Assembly (NCBI GenBank): GCA_021323655.1
Contig: JAJPKO010000043.1
Coordinates: 22,337 to 86,336 of the forward strand
Length of the DNA stretch: 64,000 nt
Origin: Acidobacteriaceae bacterium
GTDB taxonomy: Bacteria > Acidobacteriota > Terriglobia > Terriglobales > Acidobacteriaceae
Direction of reading: 5' to 3'
Each line of letters begins with the position of its first letter. The first letter of the stretch is position 1. A program made the position numbers and the translations under genes. A model generated the notes under the pieces. That model had not been told where the DNA came from. It saw only the letters and a list, made by a program, of their open reading frames with translations, and searched no databases. Positions 49,582 through 59,218 of the stretch are shown piece after piece.

Positions 49582-49940
49582 AAGAGCAATTTGAGGCGAG
49601 GATGTTGCGTATTCATTTTGGTGAAGGAGATAAATGGCAGGGCAAACCACTGCATGAAGCGATTGTTGCCAAGTGTCAGGAACTTGGCTTGTCGGGCGCA
49701 ATCGTCTACCGGGGGATTGAAGGCTACGGAACGAGCACGCGAATTCATCATGCGAGTCATTGGAAGTTCTCAAAAGACGCTCCCATTATGGTGAGCATCA
49801 TTGATCAGGAGGAGCAGATTGACAAGCTGCTCCCTCACCTGGATGCCATGGTTGAAGAGGGACTGATCGCGATGTCCCGCGTGGAGGTGATCCGCTTCTC
49901 AAGAGGCCCGGTGAAAGAGGCGCCTGCTAAGTCACAGTGA
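49578..49940 (+). CDS. DUF190 (PII-like, crcB-associated) protein
   Basis: LRIHFGEGDKWQGKPLHEAIVAKCQELGLSGAIVYRGIEGYG. It overlaps the previous gene through ATGA. Confidence 0.7.
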   Translation: MKEQFEARMLRIHFGEGDKWQGKPLHEAIVAKCQELGLSGAIVYRGIEGYGTSTRIHHASHWKFSKDAPIMVSIIDQEEQIDKLLPHLDAMVEEGLIAMSRVEVIRFSRGPVKEAPAKSQ

Positions 49941-50175
49941 AGCAGTACAGCAACAGCGGAGCGGCCGAAGCGATTGAGCTGAGCTACGACTCGGCTGATC
50001 TATGTGATGTGTTCTTCGAGCTAACCTGCAGGGCATCAGCATAAGCGATATCACAAACTGGCAAAAGTGGAGTCGGCTGGATACTTGGGAGACGTGAGGA
50101 TCCAAATCAGCTCCTACACGAAGGTAGTCGTTACAAATTGGCGACCACAAGACTGTTGGAATCTACTGAAGGAGC

Positions 50176-50637
50176 ATGGACATAATGACAAAGGCCTTTT
50201 TTCAACGGGCTCTTGTAGGGGCCGATGGAACAGATGCCTCTCAACTGGCAATTGACGTAGCGATCGCACTTGCGAAGCGATTTGGTTCAGAGCTTCACTG
50301 CATCGGCGTCATCAGGCCCCCCAGTCCCGAAACGGAAGCAGAAGGGGTCGGATTTGAGCAGCTTGAACGAGATCACAAAGCGATTCGGGACCAAGTAGGT
50401 AGTTGTGCAGACAGAGCACGCGGCGAGGGAGTCCAAGCGATCACAGTCGAGCTTGACGGTGATCCGGAATCAGTCATTGAGAATTACGGTCTCGAGAACG
50501 AATTCGACATTATCATCGTTGGGCACCATCATCTGAACCGCTTCCGGCGCTTCCTCGAAGGATCTACCTCCGACAGCCTGGTCGAGCATTCTTCAGCTTC
50601 TGTTCTCGTTGTACGAGCCCCATCTCAAGAATCGTAA
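50176..50637 (+). CDS. Universal stress protein (UspA family)
   Basis: The C-terminal DIIIVGHHHLNRFRRFLEGSTSDSLVEHSSASVLVVR is the Usp ATP-binding-type motif G-x2-G-x9-GS. Confidence 0.8.
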   Translation: MDIMTKAFFQRALVGADGTDASQLAIDVAIALAKRFGSELHCIGVIRPPSPETEAEGVGFEQLERDHKAIRDQVGSCADRARGEGVQAITVELDGDPESVIENYGLENEFDIIIVGHHHLNRFRRFLEGSTSDSLVEHSSASVLVVRAPSQES

Positions 50638-51061
50638 ATGAACAGCGGTGGTGCGAGTTCTGATCCGAAGCCAGTGGTACAGCCAATGCGATGATCGGTC
50701 CCCTAGGAACTCGCACTCGGGATAATGCGCGATGCGCCCTTCAATCTTGCTTCTGGAATGGCTGGTGGACCGTGGCGTGTGTCGAGTTTCCGTTCGCAGC
50801 GATGGGATCGCTGAGGCGATTCATCCTTTTCTCGGGACGAGAAACCTTGGCAGGTCAGGCGGTCTTGATAGGTTGGAAAGCTACTGCGCTGGAACCCGAA
50901 GGGGAACTCTAAGGATATAGTTCGTTGCAGTAAGGGTAAATGCACCAAGGTGCTTGGATAGAAAACTGGAAAGCCACGCGCGATTATCCGGACTGTCCAT
51001 GCCTTTGCGATCACGTGCTCGAGAAGGAAGTGAACTCCCGGAGGGGCAAGTTGAATTATTA

Positions 51062-53203
51062 CTATGTTGCTCTGTAGACAAACAGTACCAGGAGAAGGAA
51101 TACAAGTACGTAAACGACGTAAGCGTTAAGTTTGCCGTGATGCATACCGGCAAGGAAATCGGCGATTCCTCGCGCTGCAGCCCCCACAGGTTGCAGGATG
51201 AGCCGGTCCACGACATGGATCTCCTCGCGTTGTCTGTGAATGGCCGTCCGAAAATGTACCGCAACCGTTTGACGCGTGTCCTCGACGATGTTTGGCCGAA
51301 AGATGGCCTGAAAGACTACACGGACGGGATTGGAGAAGCCGGTTGGCGTGTATGTCAAGAGCGGAAGAAGCCGCGGAATGCCCCCCGCCCAGACTGGGCG
51401 TTTCACCAGGGTACGTTGCCGCGTCAAGCGCCGGAATACGAACCATGCGGCGGCGAACAATATCACCAATGCGATGATGCTGTAGGAAGGCGACATGGCG
51501 AAGACTACCGGATTCGTTTCACCTCCACGGAGAAGCACGACCAATCCACGGCCTGGAACCAAGCCCCTGCCGGTCTGCGCACCTAGATTGTGGAAGTCTG
51601 CGAGGAATGCGGGAGGCAATTGTGCATTCTCGGGAGTCGCCGTAAAGAACGGCTGCACAAGTGCCGTGGTAACGCTGGCTCCGGCAAGAGATTCCACGCT
51701 CTGGTTGAGGATCGGCAGGACGTAGGTTGGAAGGATTCCCAGCAGTAGGCAGATAACGGCCAGAAAGGCTAAAGGAAACTTGCTCGTTGCCTGCGCTTTG
51801 ACGTGAAGCTCCCAACTGCCTCTGCGGATGCCAAGAAAGTTCATGGCGTAGGTCTTTACAAAACAGGTCACAGCCAGTGCCGCGGTCAGTGCCAGAGCGG
51901 CGCCGCAAAGTGCAAAGACGATTCTCACGGAGGTGGACGCGAGGACCGCGCTGCGCAACAGCGATTGCAGGGTCATCCACTCACTGACAAATCCATTGAA
52001 TGGGGGCACTGCGGAAATTGCCAGGCAGCCGATAAGAAAGATGGCAGATAATTCCGGCAGAAATCTGGCTAGGCCGCCGAGTTGGTCCATTTCGCGTGTA
52101 CCTGTTGCGGCTTCTACATGTCCTGCGCCCTCGAAAAGCAGTGTCTTGTAGATCGAATGATTCACCATGTGATAAAGCACCGCGGAAAGCGCGAGTGCTG
52201 CGGCAACTGGTTGACTGAAAGCCCGAAAGACCAGAAAGGCACCCAGGGCGGCGACAATAATGCCCGCATTCTCGATCGAGCTGTGAGCGAGCATCGTTTT
52301 CATGTCGCCGTCCGTTGTTGCATATAGAATCCCCACGAGCGCGGTGATGCTGCCGGTGATCAACGCCACCAGGCCCGTCCCGTAGCCCGCGTGCATGAGA
52401 TCGGCATTGAGGCGCAGGATTCCATAAAACCCGAGATTGAGTGTGATGCCAGCGAAGACAGGTATGAAGATAGGCGGGGCGGCGGTATAAGACCGCGGCA
52501 ACCAGAAATTGACCGGGACGAGGCCGGCCTTCACTCCGAAGCCAAAGAACCCCAGTAGGAACGGCAACCAAAGCGTGTCTGGCGAGAGCGTTGCACATGC
52601 CGAGCGCAAGGCCGTAAACGAGAAGTCCGTCGCGGAACGGGCAAGTAACAAAAATGCCACCGCAACCGCAAGAAATCCCGCTTCACTCATTGCCAGCATG
52701 ATGTAACCGGCAGACTTGTCCAGTTGTCCTTTTGGATCGTAGTTGATCAGCAAAAAGCAGAGACTGGACATGCATTCCCAGCTAATCAGGAAGAGGACAA
52801 TGTCGCCGGCCACGAGAATCAAGACCACCGCAGCCATGAGCGCAAAATAGAGAATCGCGTAATAGAGGTGGGGATGCGCTTCGTCCGTCTGATGTTTGAG
52901 GAAGCTCCCTGCGAATAACGAAACTGAAAAATAGACGACTCCGGAAACGAGAAGAAAAATGGACGAAACGGAATCGAGATGAATGGTGAAGCGCCCAAAT
53001 CCATCGAGCGTCCAAAGCGCAGCTTCGAAGGGCTGGCCCATCAGCAGCACAGATGCTGATGTCAGGACCATAAGGATCGACGACAGCGCACCGGCAATAG
53101 ACAGCACCGTTGGAACCTGCTTGTGGCCAAGCAACGCCGAAGCGAAAACTCCTGCTGCGCAAGCGACGAAGATCGCAACCAGGAATGAGCCGGTAATGGT
53201 CAT
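51062..53203 (-). CDS. HyfB/NuoL-like antiporter-type membrane subunit
   Basis: 713 aa polytopic protein. GFFGFGVKAGLVPVNFWLPRSYTAAP and HSSIENAGII are characteristic of NuoL/M/N-Mrp-type subunits. Confidence 0.8.
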   Translation of the reverse strand: MTITGSFLVAIFVACAAGVFASALLGHKQVPTVLSIAGALSSILMVLTSASVLLMGQPFEAALWTLDGFGRFTIHLDSVSSIFLLVSGVVYFSVSLFAGSFLKHQTDEAHPHLYYAILYFALMAAVVLILVAGDIVLFLISWECMSSLCFLLINYDPKGQLDKSAGYIMLAMSEAGFLAVAVAFLLLARSATDFSFTALRSACATLSPDTLWLPFLLGFFGFGVKAGLVPVNFWLPRSYTAAPPIFIPVFAGITLNLGFYGILRLNADLMHAGYGTGLVALITGSITALVGILYATTDGDMKTMLAHSSIENAGIIVAALGAFLVFRAFSQPVAAALALSAVLYHMVNHSIYKTLLFEGAGHVEAATGTREMDQLGGLARFLPELSAIFLIGCLAISAVPPFNGFVSEWMTLQSLLRSAVLASTSVRIVFALCGAALALTAALAVTCFVKTYAMNFLGIRRGSWELHVKAQATSKFPLAFLAVICLLLGILPTYVLPILNQSVESLAGASVTTALVQPFFTATPENAQLPPAFLADFHNLGAQTGRGLVPGRGLVVLLRGGETNPVVFAMSPSYSIIALVILFAAAWFVFRRLTRQRTLVKRPVWAGGIPRLLPLLTYTPTGFSNPVRVVFQAIFRPNIVEDTRQTVAVHFRTAIHRQREEIHVVDRLILQPVGAAARGIADFLAGMHHGKLNAYVVYVLVFLLLVLFVYRAT

Positions 53204-53206
53204 GAA

Positions 53207-53962
53207 TCAGGGTCTCCCTTCGGAGATTGGTCTCGGACTGTTCAACGATTTCCTTCCTGCAACCACCAGAAGCCCATGCAGTATTGCCAGAGGAGGCGGC
53301 GGGTTGCCTGGAACTTCAAAATCGACCGGCAAGACCGCGCTCACTCCACACGCGCACATGAAGCTTTTGCCGAAGACCCCGCCTGCTATAGCGCAGCCGC
53401 CGACGGCCATCACCTTTCTGGTGGTTGGCATGGCTTCCCAGGTCTTGAGCAGTGGTCCGCGCATGTTCTCGCTTACCGGCCCCACGACAAGCAGAAGGTC
53501 TGCGGTGCGAGGAGTGGCGGTCAAAAAGAACCCAAGGCGATGCATGTTGTAGAGAGGGTTGTTGAGCTGCTTCACCTCATGAAGGCAAGCGCCGCAGTCT
53601 CCGGCATCCACGACCATGATGTGCATCGACTTCGCAAAGGACGCTGGGAAGGGGAGCGCCTCCTTTCCATCTGCAGGCAAGCGGGTCCATTCATAGCCAG
53701 TTTCCCAGTTCATGGGGGATTGCAAGGAGTGCAGACAGAGTTGGCAATGCACGCATTTCCCGGGATTCACGTAGGTTGATTTCCCATGGGCGACGATCGC
53801 ATCGGTCGGACAAATTTCAGCGGCGAGTTGGGCCTCTTCAACTGTCGAAAAATCGGTGTTCACCGGACGTCCTGGTGAGACTCCGGGCGTGTTTTCCGCT
53901 CGCGCGGGGTAGCGAGTCGATTGAATGCCTTTGCGCAATCCGTGCCAGAACCAGAAGCTCAT
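53207..53962 (-). CDS. NuoB/HycG-like small subunit fused to a single-cluster ferredoxin-like N-terminus
   Basis: ICPTDAI plus CVHCQLC form the ferredoxin-like part. VVDAGDCGACLHE and AVGGCAIAGG are NuoB-type. The usual PGCPP is PGNPPPP here, so the fourth Cys is absent. Confidence 0.7.
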   Translation of the reverse strand: MSFWFWHGLRKGIQSTRYPARAENTPGVSPGRPVNTDFSTVEEAQLAAEICPTDAIVAHGKSTYVNPGKCVHCQLCLHSLQSPMNWETGYEWTRLPADGKEALPFPASFAKSMHIMVVDAGDCGACLHEVKQLNNPLYNMHRLGFFLTATPRTADLLLVVGPVSENMRGPLLKTWEAMPTTRKVMAVGGCAIAGGVFGKSFMCACGVSAVLPVDFEVPGNPPPPLAILHGLLVVAGRKSLNSPRPISEGRP

Positions 53963-53974
53963 CGTGAGCCACCT

Positions 53975-55600
53975 CTACCGATCACATTCGGTTGCGGACA
54001 GCCCGAAAGTTGCAAGAATGATCGGGAAATCCTGAAACGCGAAATTCTCTGCCGCAACGTGAAACCCGAGCCAATTGTTGAAGGACGGCGTAATTGCCCG
54101 ATATCGCTCGACAATCCCTCTTTCGTCCACTCGCAGCCAGTGAAGGGCGGCGCCTCTTGGGGCTTCTGTCCATCCAAGTGCAGCACCCGCGTGATTTACT
54201 TCATAGGCAACACGAACGGGACCCCCCTCCAACGTGTCGGCAACTTGATGGATCAGTCTCGCCGACTGTGTCGCTTCCGCAAAAAGGATGCGCAGTCTGG
54301 CATAGCCATCGCCCTCTGTCTCGCAGGGAACATCAAACGCAAGTCGTCCGTAGCCAGAATAGGAGCACGCCCGCCGCAAGTCGCAGTGCTGAGCGGAAGC
54401 ACGACCAATTGGGCCCACGAGATTCAGATCCCGGGCGCTCTCTCCAATGACGACCCCCACGTCCTCAAGACGGTCAAGGAAACTGCTGCTCAAGCGAAGC
54501 CGTCTCTCCAGGATGCGAAGATCGCTCTCCGCCTTATCGACTGTGGCGAGCAACGTTTTGCATTGCTCCAATTCGAAATCGCGATTCAGTCCGCCTGGAG
54601 TGTTCAGCCCGAACAGGTAGCGGTGATCCGTGAACACACAGGAGGCGCGGAGCAACTGCTCTTCGATGATCGACGCTTGTGCGGCAGCGACGGCCAGCGC
54701 GGTGGACTCACATATCGCCGCGATCGCACCTGCGTGGTGTCTCAATCGTTCCAGTTCAGCAAGCAGAACCCGAAGAGCCGCGGCTCGTGGCGGCGCCTCG
54801 ACCGCTGCAATTCTCTCGGCAGCGAGACAGAAGGCGAGCGAATGGGCAAATGCGGAGGTGGCAGCAAATCTTTCTGCCAGGAGGAGCGCATCCGGAATGC
54901 TGCGGCCCTCTGCGATCTTTTCGACGGCCCGGTAGTTGTAGAAAAGTCGGGGAGCCGCACGGATCACATCTTCACCGACCGTCTCGAGCAAAAAGTGCAA
55001 GGATTCCCCAATGCCGCCCTCGTATACGGGGCCAACCGGCATCGCGAACGAGCCGGGGTCTCCGACAACCAACAATGGCTGCCACTCCAGGTCCACTTTG
55101 CGCTCGAGTTGTGGACGTTCGGCCGAAAAGGTCTTGCGCATCGGATCGATGCCCTCGTGCCAGATCTGGTCGTGCAAGACAAAATCGCCGAGCCGCGGGT
55201 GGTTCTCGAAATGGATTCCAAACAGATCCTCTATTTCGCGTTCATGCCAATCTGCGGCGTGTACCTCGGTGACAATGCTGGGCAGGGTCTTTGTCTCAAG
55301 CGCCATCGAGAACTCTACATCGATCCATCCCGACCCAGGCAGGAGAAACGTGTAGTGGATCTGCCAATGGTTTGAATGCTCCTCGGCCGTGATTCCACCG
55401 AACAGGCAGCCGTGTTCCCAAAAAAGAAATTGAGCCAGGGTCGGCAGCGCACTTGGCTGACCAACTGAAAGCGTCAGAATAAAATTCGCGCCCGCTCTCA
55501 GTTGGGCAACCTGGTCTCCGAATCGCTCTACGATCATGCCTGTCAGATCGGCCAAGCCTGCTATATTCCCTCCGGCAATGGGTGAGGAATGCGTTGCCAT
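53975..55600 (-). CDS. NuoC-NuoD/HycE-like large subunit lacking the NiFe-binding cysteines
   Basis: The NuoC-like part contains WHEREIEDLFGI. The NuoD/HycE-like part has ERFAATSAFAH where hydrogenases have RxCGxCxxxH, and a C-terminus GLSATECDR instead of DPCxxCxxR. The ATG at 55600 is preceded by GGGAGGA. Confidence 0.75.
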   Translation of the reverse strand: MATHSSPIAGGNIAGLADLTGMIVERFGDQVAQLRAGANFILTLSVGQPSALPTLAQFLFWEHGCLFGGITAEEHSNHWQIHYTFLLPGSGWIDVEFSMALETKTLPSIVTEVHAADWHEREIEDLFGIHFENHPRLGDFVLHDQIWHEGIDPMRKTFSAERPQLERKVDLEWQPLLVVGDPGSFAMPVGPVYEGGIGESLHFLLETVGEDVIRAAPRLFYNYRAVEKIAEGRSIPDALLLAERFAATSAFAHSLAFCLAAERIAAVEAPPRAAALRVLLAELERLRHHAGAIAAICESTALAVAAAQASIIEEQLLRASCVFTDHRYLFGLNTPGGLNRDFELEQCKTLLATVDKAESDLRILERRLRLSSSFLDRLEDVGVVIGESARDLNLVGPIGRASAQHCDLRRACSYSGYGRLAFDVPCETEGDGYARLRILFAEATQSARLIHQVADTLEGGPVRVAYEVNHAGAALGWTEAPRGAALHWLRVDERGIVERYRAITPSFNNWLGFHVAAENFAFQDFPIILATFGLSATECDR

Positions 55601-55601
55601 C

Positions 55602-57047
55602 TCAATGTCCTCCCAATTGCTGCGCCGCAAGTGTCATGAGCGAATGAACAGGTCCAGGAATGTATACCCCGAGAAGTAGGACTGGCGCGACAGCAATAAG
55701 GACCGCCGTTCGGCAACTTCTGGGCGCCAATGCTGGAGTTGCAACATGCGAGGGTTCGCCGAACAACATGCTGTTCACCTGCAGGAAAATGGCTATGAAT
55801 GCGATGACAATTAGGACAGCAAGAATGATGACAGCGGCACTATGCCCTGATCTGAGGCCAGCAGACAAGATTGAAAACTCACTGAGAAAGATCGGAAATG
55901 GCGGCGCACCGGCGATCGCGAGCGAACAAAGCAGTAGCGCGCCGCCCGCAAACGGGGATATACGGAACAGCCCCCGCACCTGGCTGATATCGCGCGTCTC
56001 GAGTGCCAGCAAAACCATCCCTGCTGCGTAGAAACACAGGGACTTGGTAATCGAGTGATTCAACATCTGAGCAACAGCCCCATAGGCCGCAGCGTGCGTT
56101 GCGAAGCCGGTCGCGGTGAGAATGATTCCCATGTGTTCTACAGTGGAGTAGGCGAACATGCGCTTGTAGTCGCGCACCTGCAAGAGCAGGAATGCCGCGA
56201 TCCCCACAGAGAAGAGGCCCACGATCACCATCCACTCGCCGATACGCGCCTCGGGCGAGCGCAGAACGATGGAGAGCAGCCGCAAGACAGCGTACAGAGG
56301 AATCGTGGTCTTCATCCCCGAGAGCACAGCGCATATCGGAGTGGGCGCCTGACTATGAGCATCTGGGAGCCAGGTGTGCATGGGTGCAAGCCCGGACTTG
56401 GCACCGAACCCCACAAAGACCAGCAGAAATGACAATTTCAATAAATTGGGCGACATGGTTGAGGCCATCACATAGAGGCTTTGCCAGGTCTCGGCTGTCC
56501 CCCCGCCGCTGGTGCGAAATGCCCAATAGAGGGTCAAAAATCCAAAGAGCGAAATTGGCGCTCCCATGATGGTCAAGATTGCCATCTTCCAGGCGGCCTC
56601 GAGAGCGCCTGGGGTGCTTTCATACCCGACCAACAACGTCGCAAACAACGTGACCAACTCCACGGCCACCCAAACGAGATTGACCCGAGCCAACGAGGGA
56701 ACCGCCACCAGCGAAAAGACGAACAGATTGTAGTTCGAATAAAACCACCACAAGCGTTCCTTGGACTCGGTTTCGTGCTGCATATAGCCGCCAGAATAGA
56801 TAGCGGCAACGATGCAGACAAAAGTGACCATGACGAGGAGAAGAGCGCTCAGGCCATCCGCCTCAAACCATCCAGCAATCGCGATGAAGCGTCCGTTCAA
56901 GAGAACCTGCCACGCAGTAACACACGCGGCTGAAAGGGTAAGCGCAAGAATGACTATCGTTATAACCCAAGCCATGCGGCGCAACGGCGGGAGCCAACAC
57001 AAGAATGCGGCAAGGAGCGGCAGCGACACAGCAAACATTAGTGCCAT
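55602..57047 (-). CDS. HyfF/NuoN-like antiporter-type membrane subunit
   Basis: 481 aa polytopic protein. GFGAKSGLAPMHTWLPDAHSQAP and STVEHMGII are present. Confidence 0.8.
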   Translation of the reverse strand: MALMFAVSLPLLAAFLCWLPPLRRMAWVITIVILALTLSAACVTAWQVLLNGRFIAIAGWFEADGLSALLLVMVTFVCIVAAIYSGGYMQHETESKERLWWFYSNYNLFVFSLVAVPSLARVNLVWVAVELVTLFATLLVGYESTPGALEAAWKMAILTIMGAPISLFGFLTLYWAFRTSGGGTAETWQSLYVMASTMSPNLLKLSFLLVFVGFGAKSGLAPMHTWLPDAHSQAPTPICAVLSGMKTTIPLYAVLRLLSIVLRSPEARIGEWMVIVGLFSVGIAAFLLLQVRDYKRMFAYSTVEHMGIILTATGFATHAAAYGAVAQMLNHSITKSLCFYAAGMVLLALETRDISQVRGLFRISPFAGGALLLCSLAIAGAPPFPIFLSEFSILSAGLRSGHSAAVIILAVLIVIAFIAIFLQVNSMLFGEPSHVATPALAPRSCRTAVLIAVAPVLLLGVYIPGPVHSLMTLAAQQLGGH

Positions 57048-57730
57048 GTCCGGGGCTCCTCTCGCAGTTCACTCATGGCAGCGGCTTCGGTCGTCCCGAC
57101 CGTTCTGGTGATGTTCCTGGTTAATACACCAACAACCACAACAATCAGAATTACGTCGATCGCAATGGCGAGTTCGGCAATCAATGGAAGATCCGGAGCA
57201 ATCGCGATGCCGGCGAAAAAGGCGCCGTTCTCCATTGCGAGAATGCCAATGAGTTGGGGAATAGCTTCGCGGCGTGCGACCAGCGAATATGCACCGATCA
57301 ATAGTCCCGCCATGCCAATGGGCAAATTCGCCTGTACAACCGGGTCCTTTGCGGCCGTCACAAGAGGGCCGACCAGGAACTCTGCAGCAATTGCAAGCGA
57401 TAGTGCAATCAATAGTGACGTGGGAATGTTGATGAGTTGGTCGATCTCGCGGCGCTCATAGAGATCCGCCGGCAGCATCCGTCTGAGAACCCACGGGATC
57501 GTGATTACTTTTGATGCGATCATGATGCAGCCAAGAGCCAAGAGGTCGATTGAACCGCGATTGAACCCGATTAAGAAGGCAGACGCTGCCACGAAGAGCG
57601 ATTGAACAACGAGAAATCTTAAAACACCCTGTACCTGACGGGTCGTCACCATCGCAAAGGCTGCTAATAGGACAAGTCCCGCGGCCAAGGCGTTGAGTCC
57701 CTGAATAAGCTGTGTGTGAGCGCTTACCAC
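57038..57730 (-). CDS. HyfE-like membrane subunit
   Basis: 230 aa. IGILAMENGAFFAGIAIAPDLPLIAELAIAIDVIL matches the HyfE/NuoK-like pattern. Confidence 0.7.
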   Translation of the reverse strand: MVSAHTQLIQGLNALAAGLVLLAAFAMVTTRQVQGVLRFLVVQSLFVAASAFLIGFNRGSIDLLALGCIMIASKVITIPWVLRRMLPADLYERREIDQLINIPTSLLIALSLAIAAEFLVGPLVTAAKDPVVQANLPIGMAGLLIGAYSLVARREAIPQLIGILAMENGAFFAGIAIAPDLPLIAELAIAIDVILIVVVVGVLTRNITRTVGTTEAAAMSELREEPRTWH

Positions 57731-57743
57731 CGGCGACTCCTTT

Positions 57744-58703
57744 CTAAGCAGCCGAAGCTGAAAAGATGCTCGCGATCATCGCTGCCACAGAGATGATGAA
57801 TGCGGCTCCAAGAAACTCGCTAATGCGAAAGAGGCGCAACTTCGCGAGAGAGGACTCGATCATGACGAGGACGATCGTGAACAAAAGAATCTTGAGCAGT
57901 ATCAAAGGAATCGCGAGCAGCACGTGGACAGGCTGCACATCCCCGGCCAGGCCCCAAGGCGCCAGAAGGACGTTGAGGAAGATACAAGTGAGCACCAGAA
58001 ATTTCATTTGGCCGCCCCACTTCATCAAGGCGGCGCCGCGACCCGAGTATTCAAGCCCTTTCGACTCATCGATCATGGCGAGTTCAAAATGCCCCGTGGG
58101 GTTGTCGACGGGGACCTTTCCACCTTCGGCAAGGATCAGCATCAGGAAGGCAATCAGCAACAGAATGTGCGCAGGAGAAAAGAATGCGGCTGGGCTCGCG
58201 ACCCATTTCTGCTGAACAATGTACGGAATCGTGGATTGGGCTACGAACGAGACGGTGAAAAAGACAATCATGAACACCGGCTCGGCGAGGAACCCCACCA
58301 TTCGCGTTCTGCTCGCTCCCATAGGACCGTATGGGTTTCCGGTATCGACGGCCGCAAGGGCGGCAAAGAAACCGCCAAGTCCGAGAAAGAAGCCGCCGGC
58401 GAGCATATCGCCCATAAACGCAAAAGCTAGGGGATAATCCGTGAGGACCGGTATCAGGCTCGCGACGAACAGCGGCACGATGAAAACCAGGTAAGGCGTC
58501 ACGCAAAAGATCCACGTGGTTTCCGAGGAGACAACCTCGTCTTTATGAAAAAGCTTCCAGAGATCCCGATAGGGCTGAATGATGCTGGGACCGCGCCTGC
58601 TCTGAACCATTTCTTTGAACCGGCTGAGCATGCCAGAGTACAAGGGCGCGAAGCCAAGTACGAAGAGAAGCTGAACGAGGTTATACAGAATTGTCCGTGC
58701 CAT
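57744..58703 (-). CDS. HycD/HyfC/NuoH-like membrane subunit
   Basis: APLYSGMLSRFKEMVQSRRGPSIIQPYRDLWKLFHKDEV is the typical HycD/NuoH N-terminal motif. It is the first gene of the operon. Confidence 0.8.
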   Translation of the reverse strand: MARTILYNLVQLLFVLGFAPLYSGMLSRFKEMVQSRRGPSIIQPYRDLWKLFHKDEVVSSETTWIFCVTPYLVFIVPLFVASLIPVLTDYPLAFAFMGDMLAGGFFLGLGGFFAALAAVDTGNPYGPMGASRTRMVGFLAEPVFMIVFFTVSFVAQSTIPYIVQQKWVASPAAFFSPAHILLLIAFLMLILAEGGKVPVDNPTGHFELAMIDESKGLEYSGRGAALMKWGGQMKFLVLTCIFLNVLLAPWGLAGDVQPVHVLLAIPLILLKILLFTIVLVMIESSLAKLRLFRISEFLGAAFIISVAAMIASIFSASAA

Positions 58704-58903
58704 CGGAACTCCCCTGAGTTTTGCAGTTGGACTGACCGCTGAGGTTCGAGAAATCCGCTCGTTTCTTGCATTCAGCAGCGGCGTACTGCGATTAGAAGCG
58801 CCAATGGACCAAGACGCCCCCGAGTCGGCGGAGGTGTCTCGAAGAGAAAATCTGATTTGGAAGGTTTGAATCTTGGGGTGGACTTTTGGACTCTTCTCTT
58901 CAC

Positions 58904-58970
58904 GGCGCGACTCCTATGAGGTAGGAATCATCAGCCGTGAAGGCGGTTATCGGTGGAGTTCCATCACCGT
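58904..58970 (-). promoter_or_regulatory. Fluoride riboswitch (crcB motif) C, minus strand, about 215 nt upstream of the Hyf-like operon
   Basis: The minus strand reads ACGGTGATGGAACTCCACC GATAAC CGCCTTCACGGC TGATGATTCCTACC. The tail TCCTA can pair with the downstream TAGGA of a TAGGAG SD that precedes the GTG at 58903. Confidence 0.75.
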
Positions 58971-59140
58971 CCCGACATGTGCTGCCAACATATTGAACCG
59001 CAAGAACCTACTTGTCAAGGCGACCACCGCCGCCACGGCATATCGCATCCAGCGTCAGCGCGATCGGAGCAGTGCGCCCCGGACGTGATTCGGCGCGTCA
59101 TTGACAGTCCACCACACCGGTCACGATACTGACTGGGAGC

Positions 59141-59212
59141 GGGTGTTGGAGTCCACTCTGATACGCCCCTCCCACGAGGGGAAGATGACTCCTGCGAGTA
59201 GGACAGCAGGAG
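59141..59212 (+). promoter_or_regulatory. Fluoride riboswitch (crcB motif) D with SD-sequestering hairpin, upstream of the MutS-related pair
   Basis: The sequence is GGGTG TTGGAGTC CACTC TGATACG CCCCTC-CCAC-GAGGGG AAGATGACTCCTGC. The tail ACTCCTGC is perfectly complementary to GCAGGAGT (59205-59212), which contains the AGGAG SD. Confidence 0.8.
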
Positions 59213-59218
59213 TTGACT

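Noticed and set aside
50050-50175. GGAGTC ... CAGCTCCTAC upstream of the USP gene looked like a fifth fluoride aptamer
   Set aside because: There is no P1 helix flanking the GGAGU, the tail is GCUCC rather than ACUCC, there is no GAUGA, and the spacing is wrong. It is probably chance.
53921-55375. 484 aa plus-strand ORF
   Set aside because: It lies antisense to the NuoCD/HycE-like large subunit, which has clear family motifs. The plus-strand product is Arg/Cys-rich, as is typical of shadow ORFs in GC-rich DNA. The same reasoning applies to 25705-26403, 32660-33349, 9247-9990, 15759-16619, 42621-43217 and 52983-53552.
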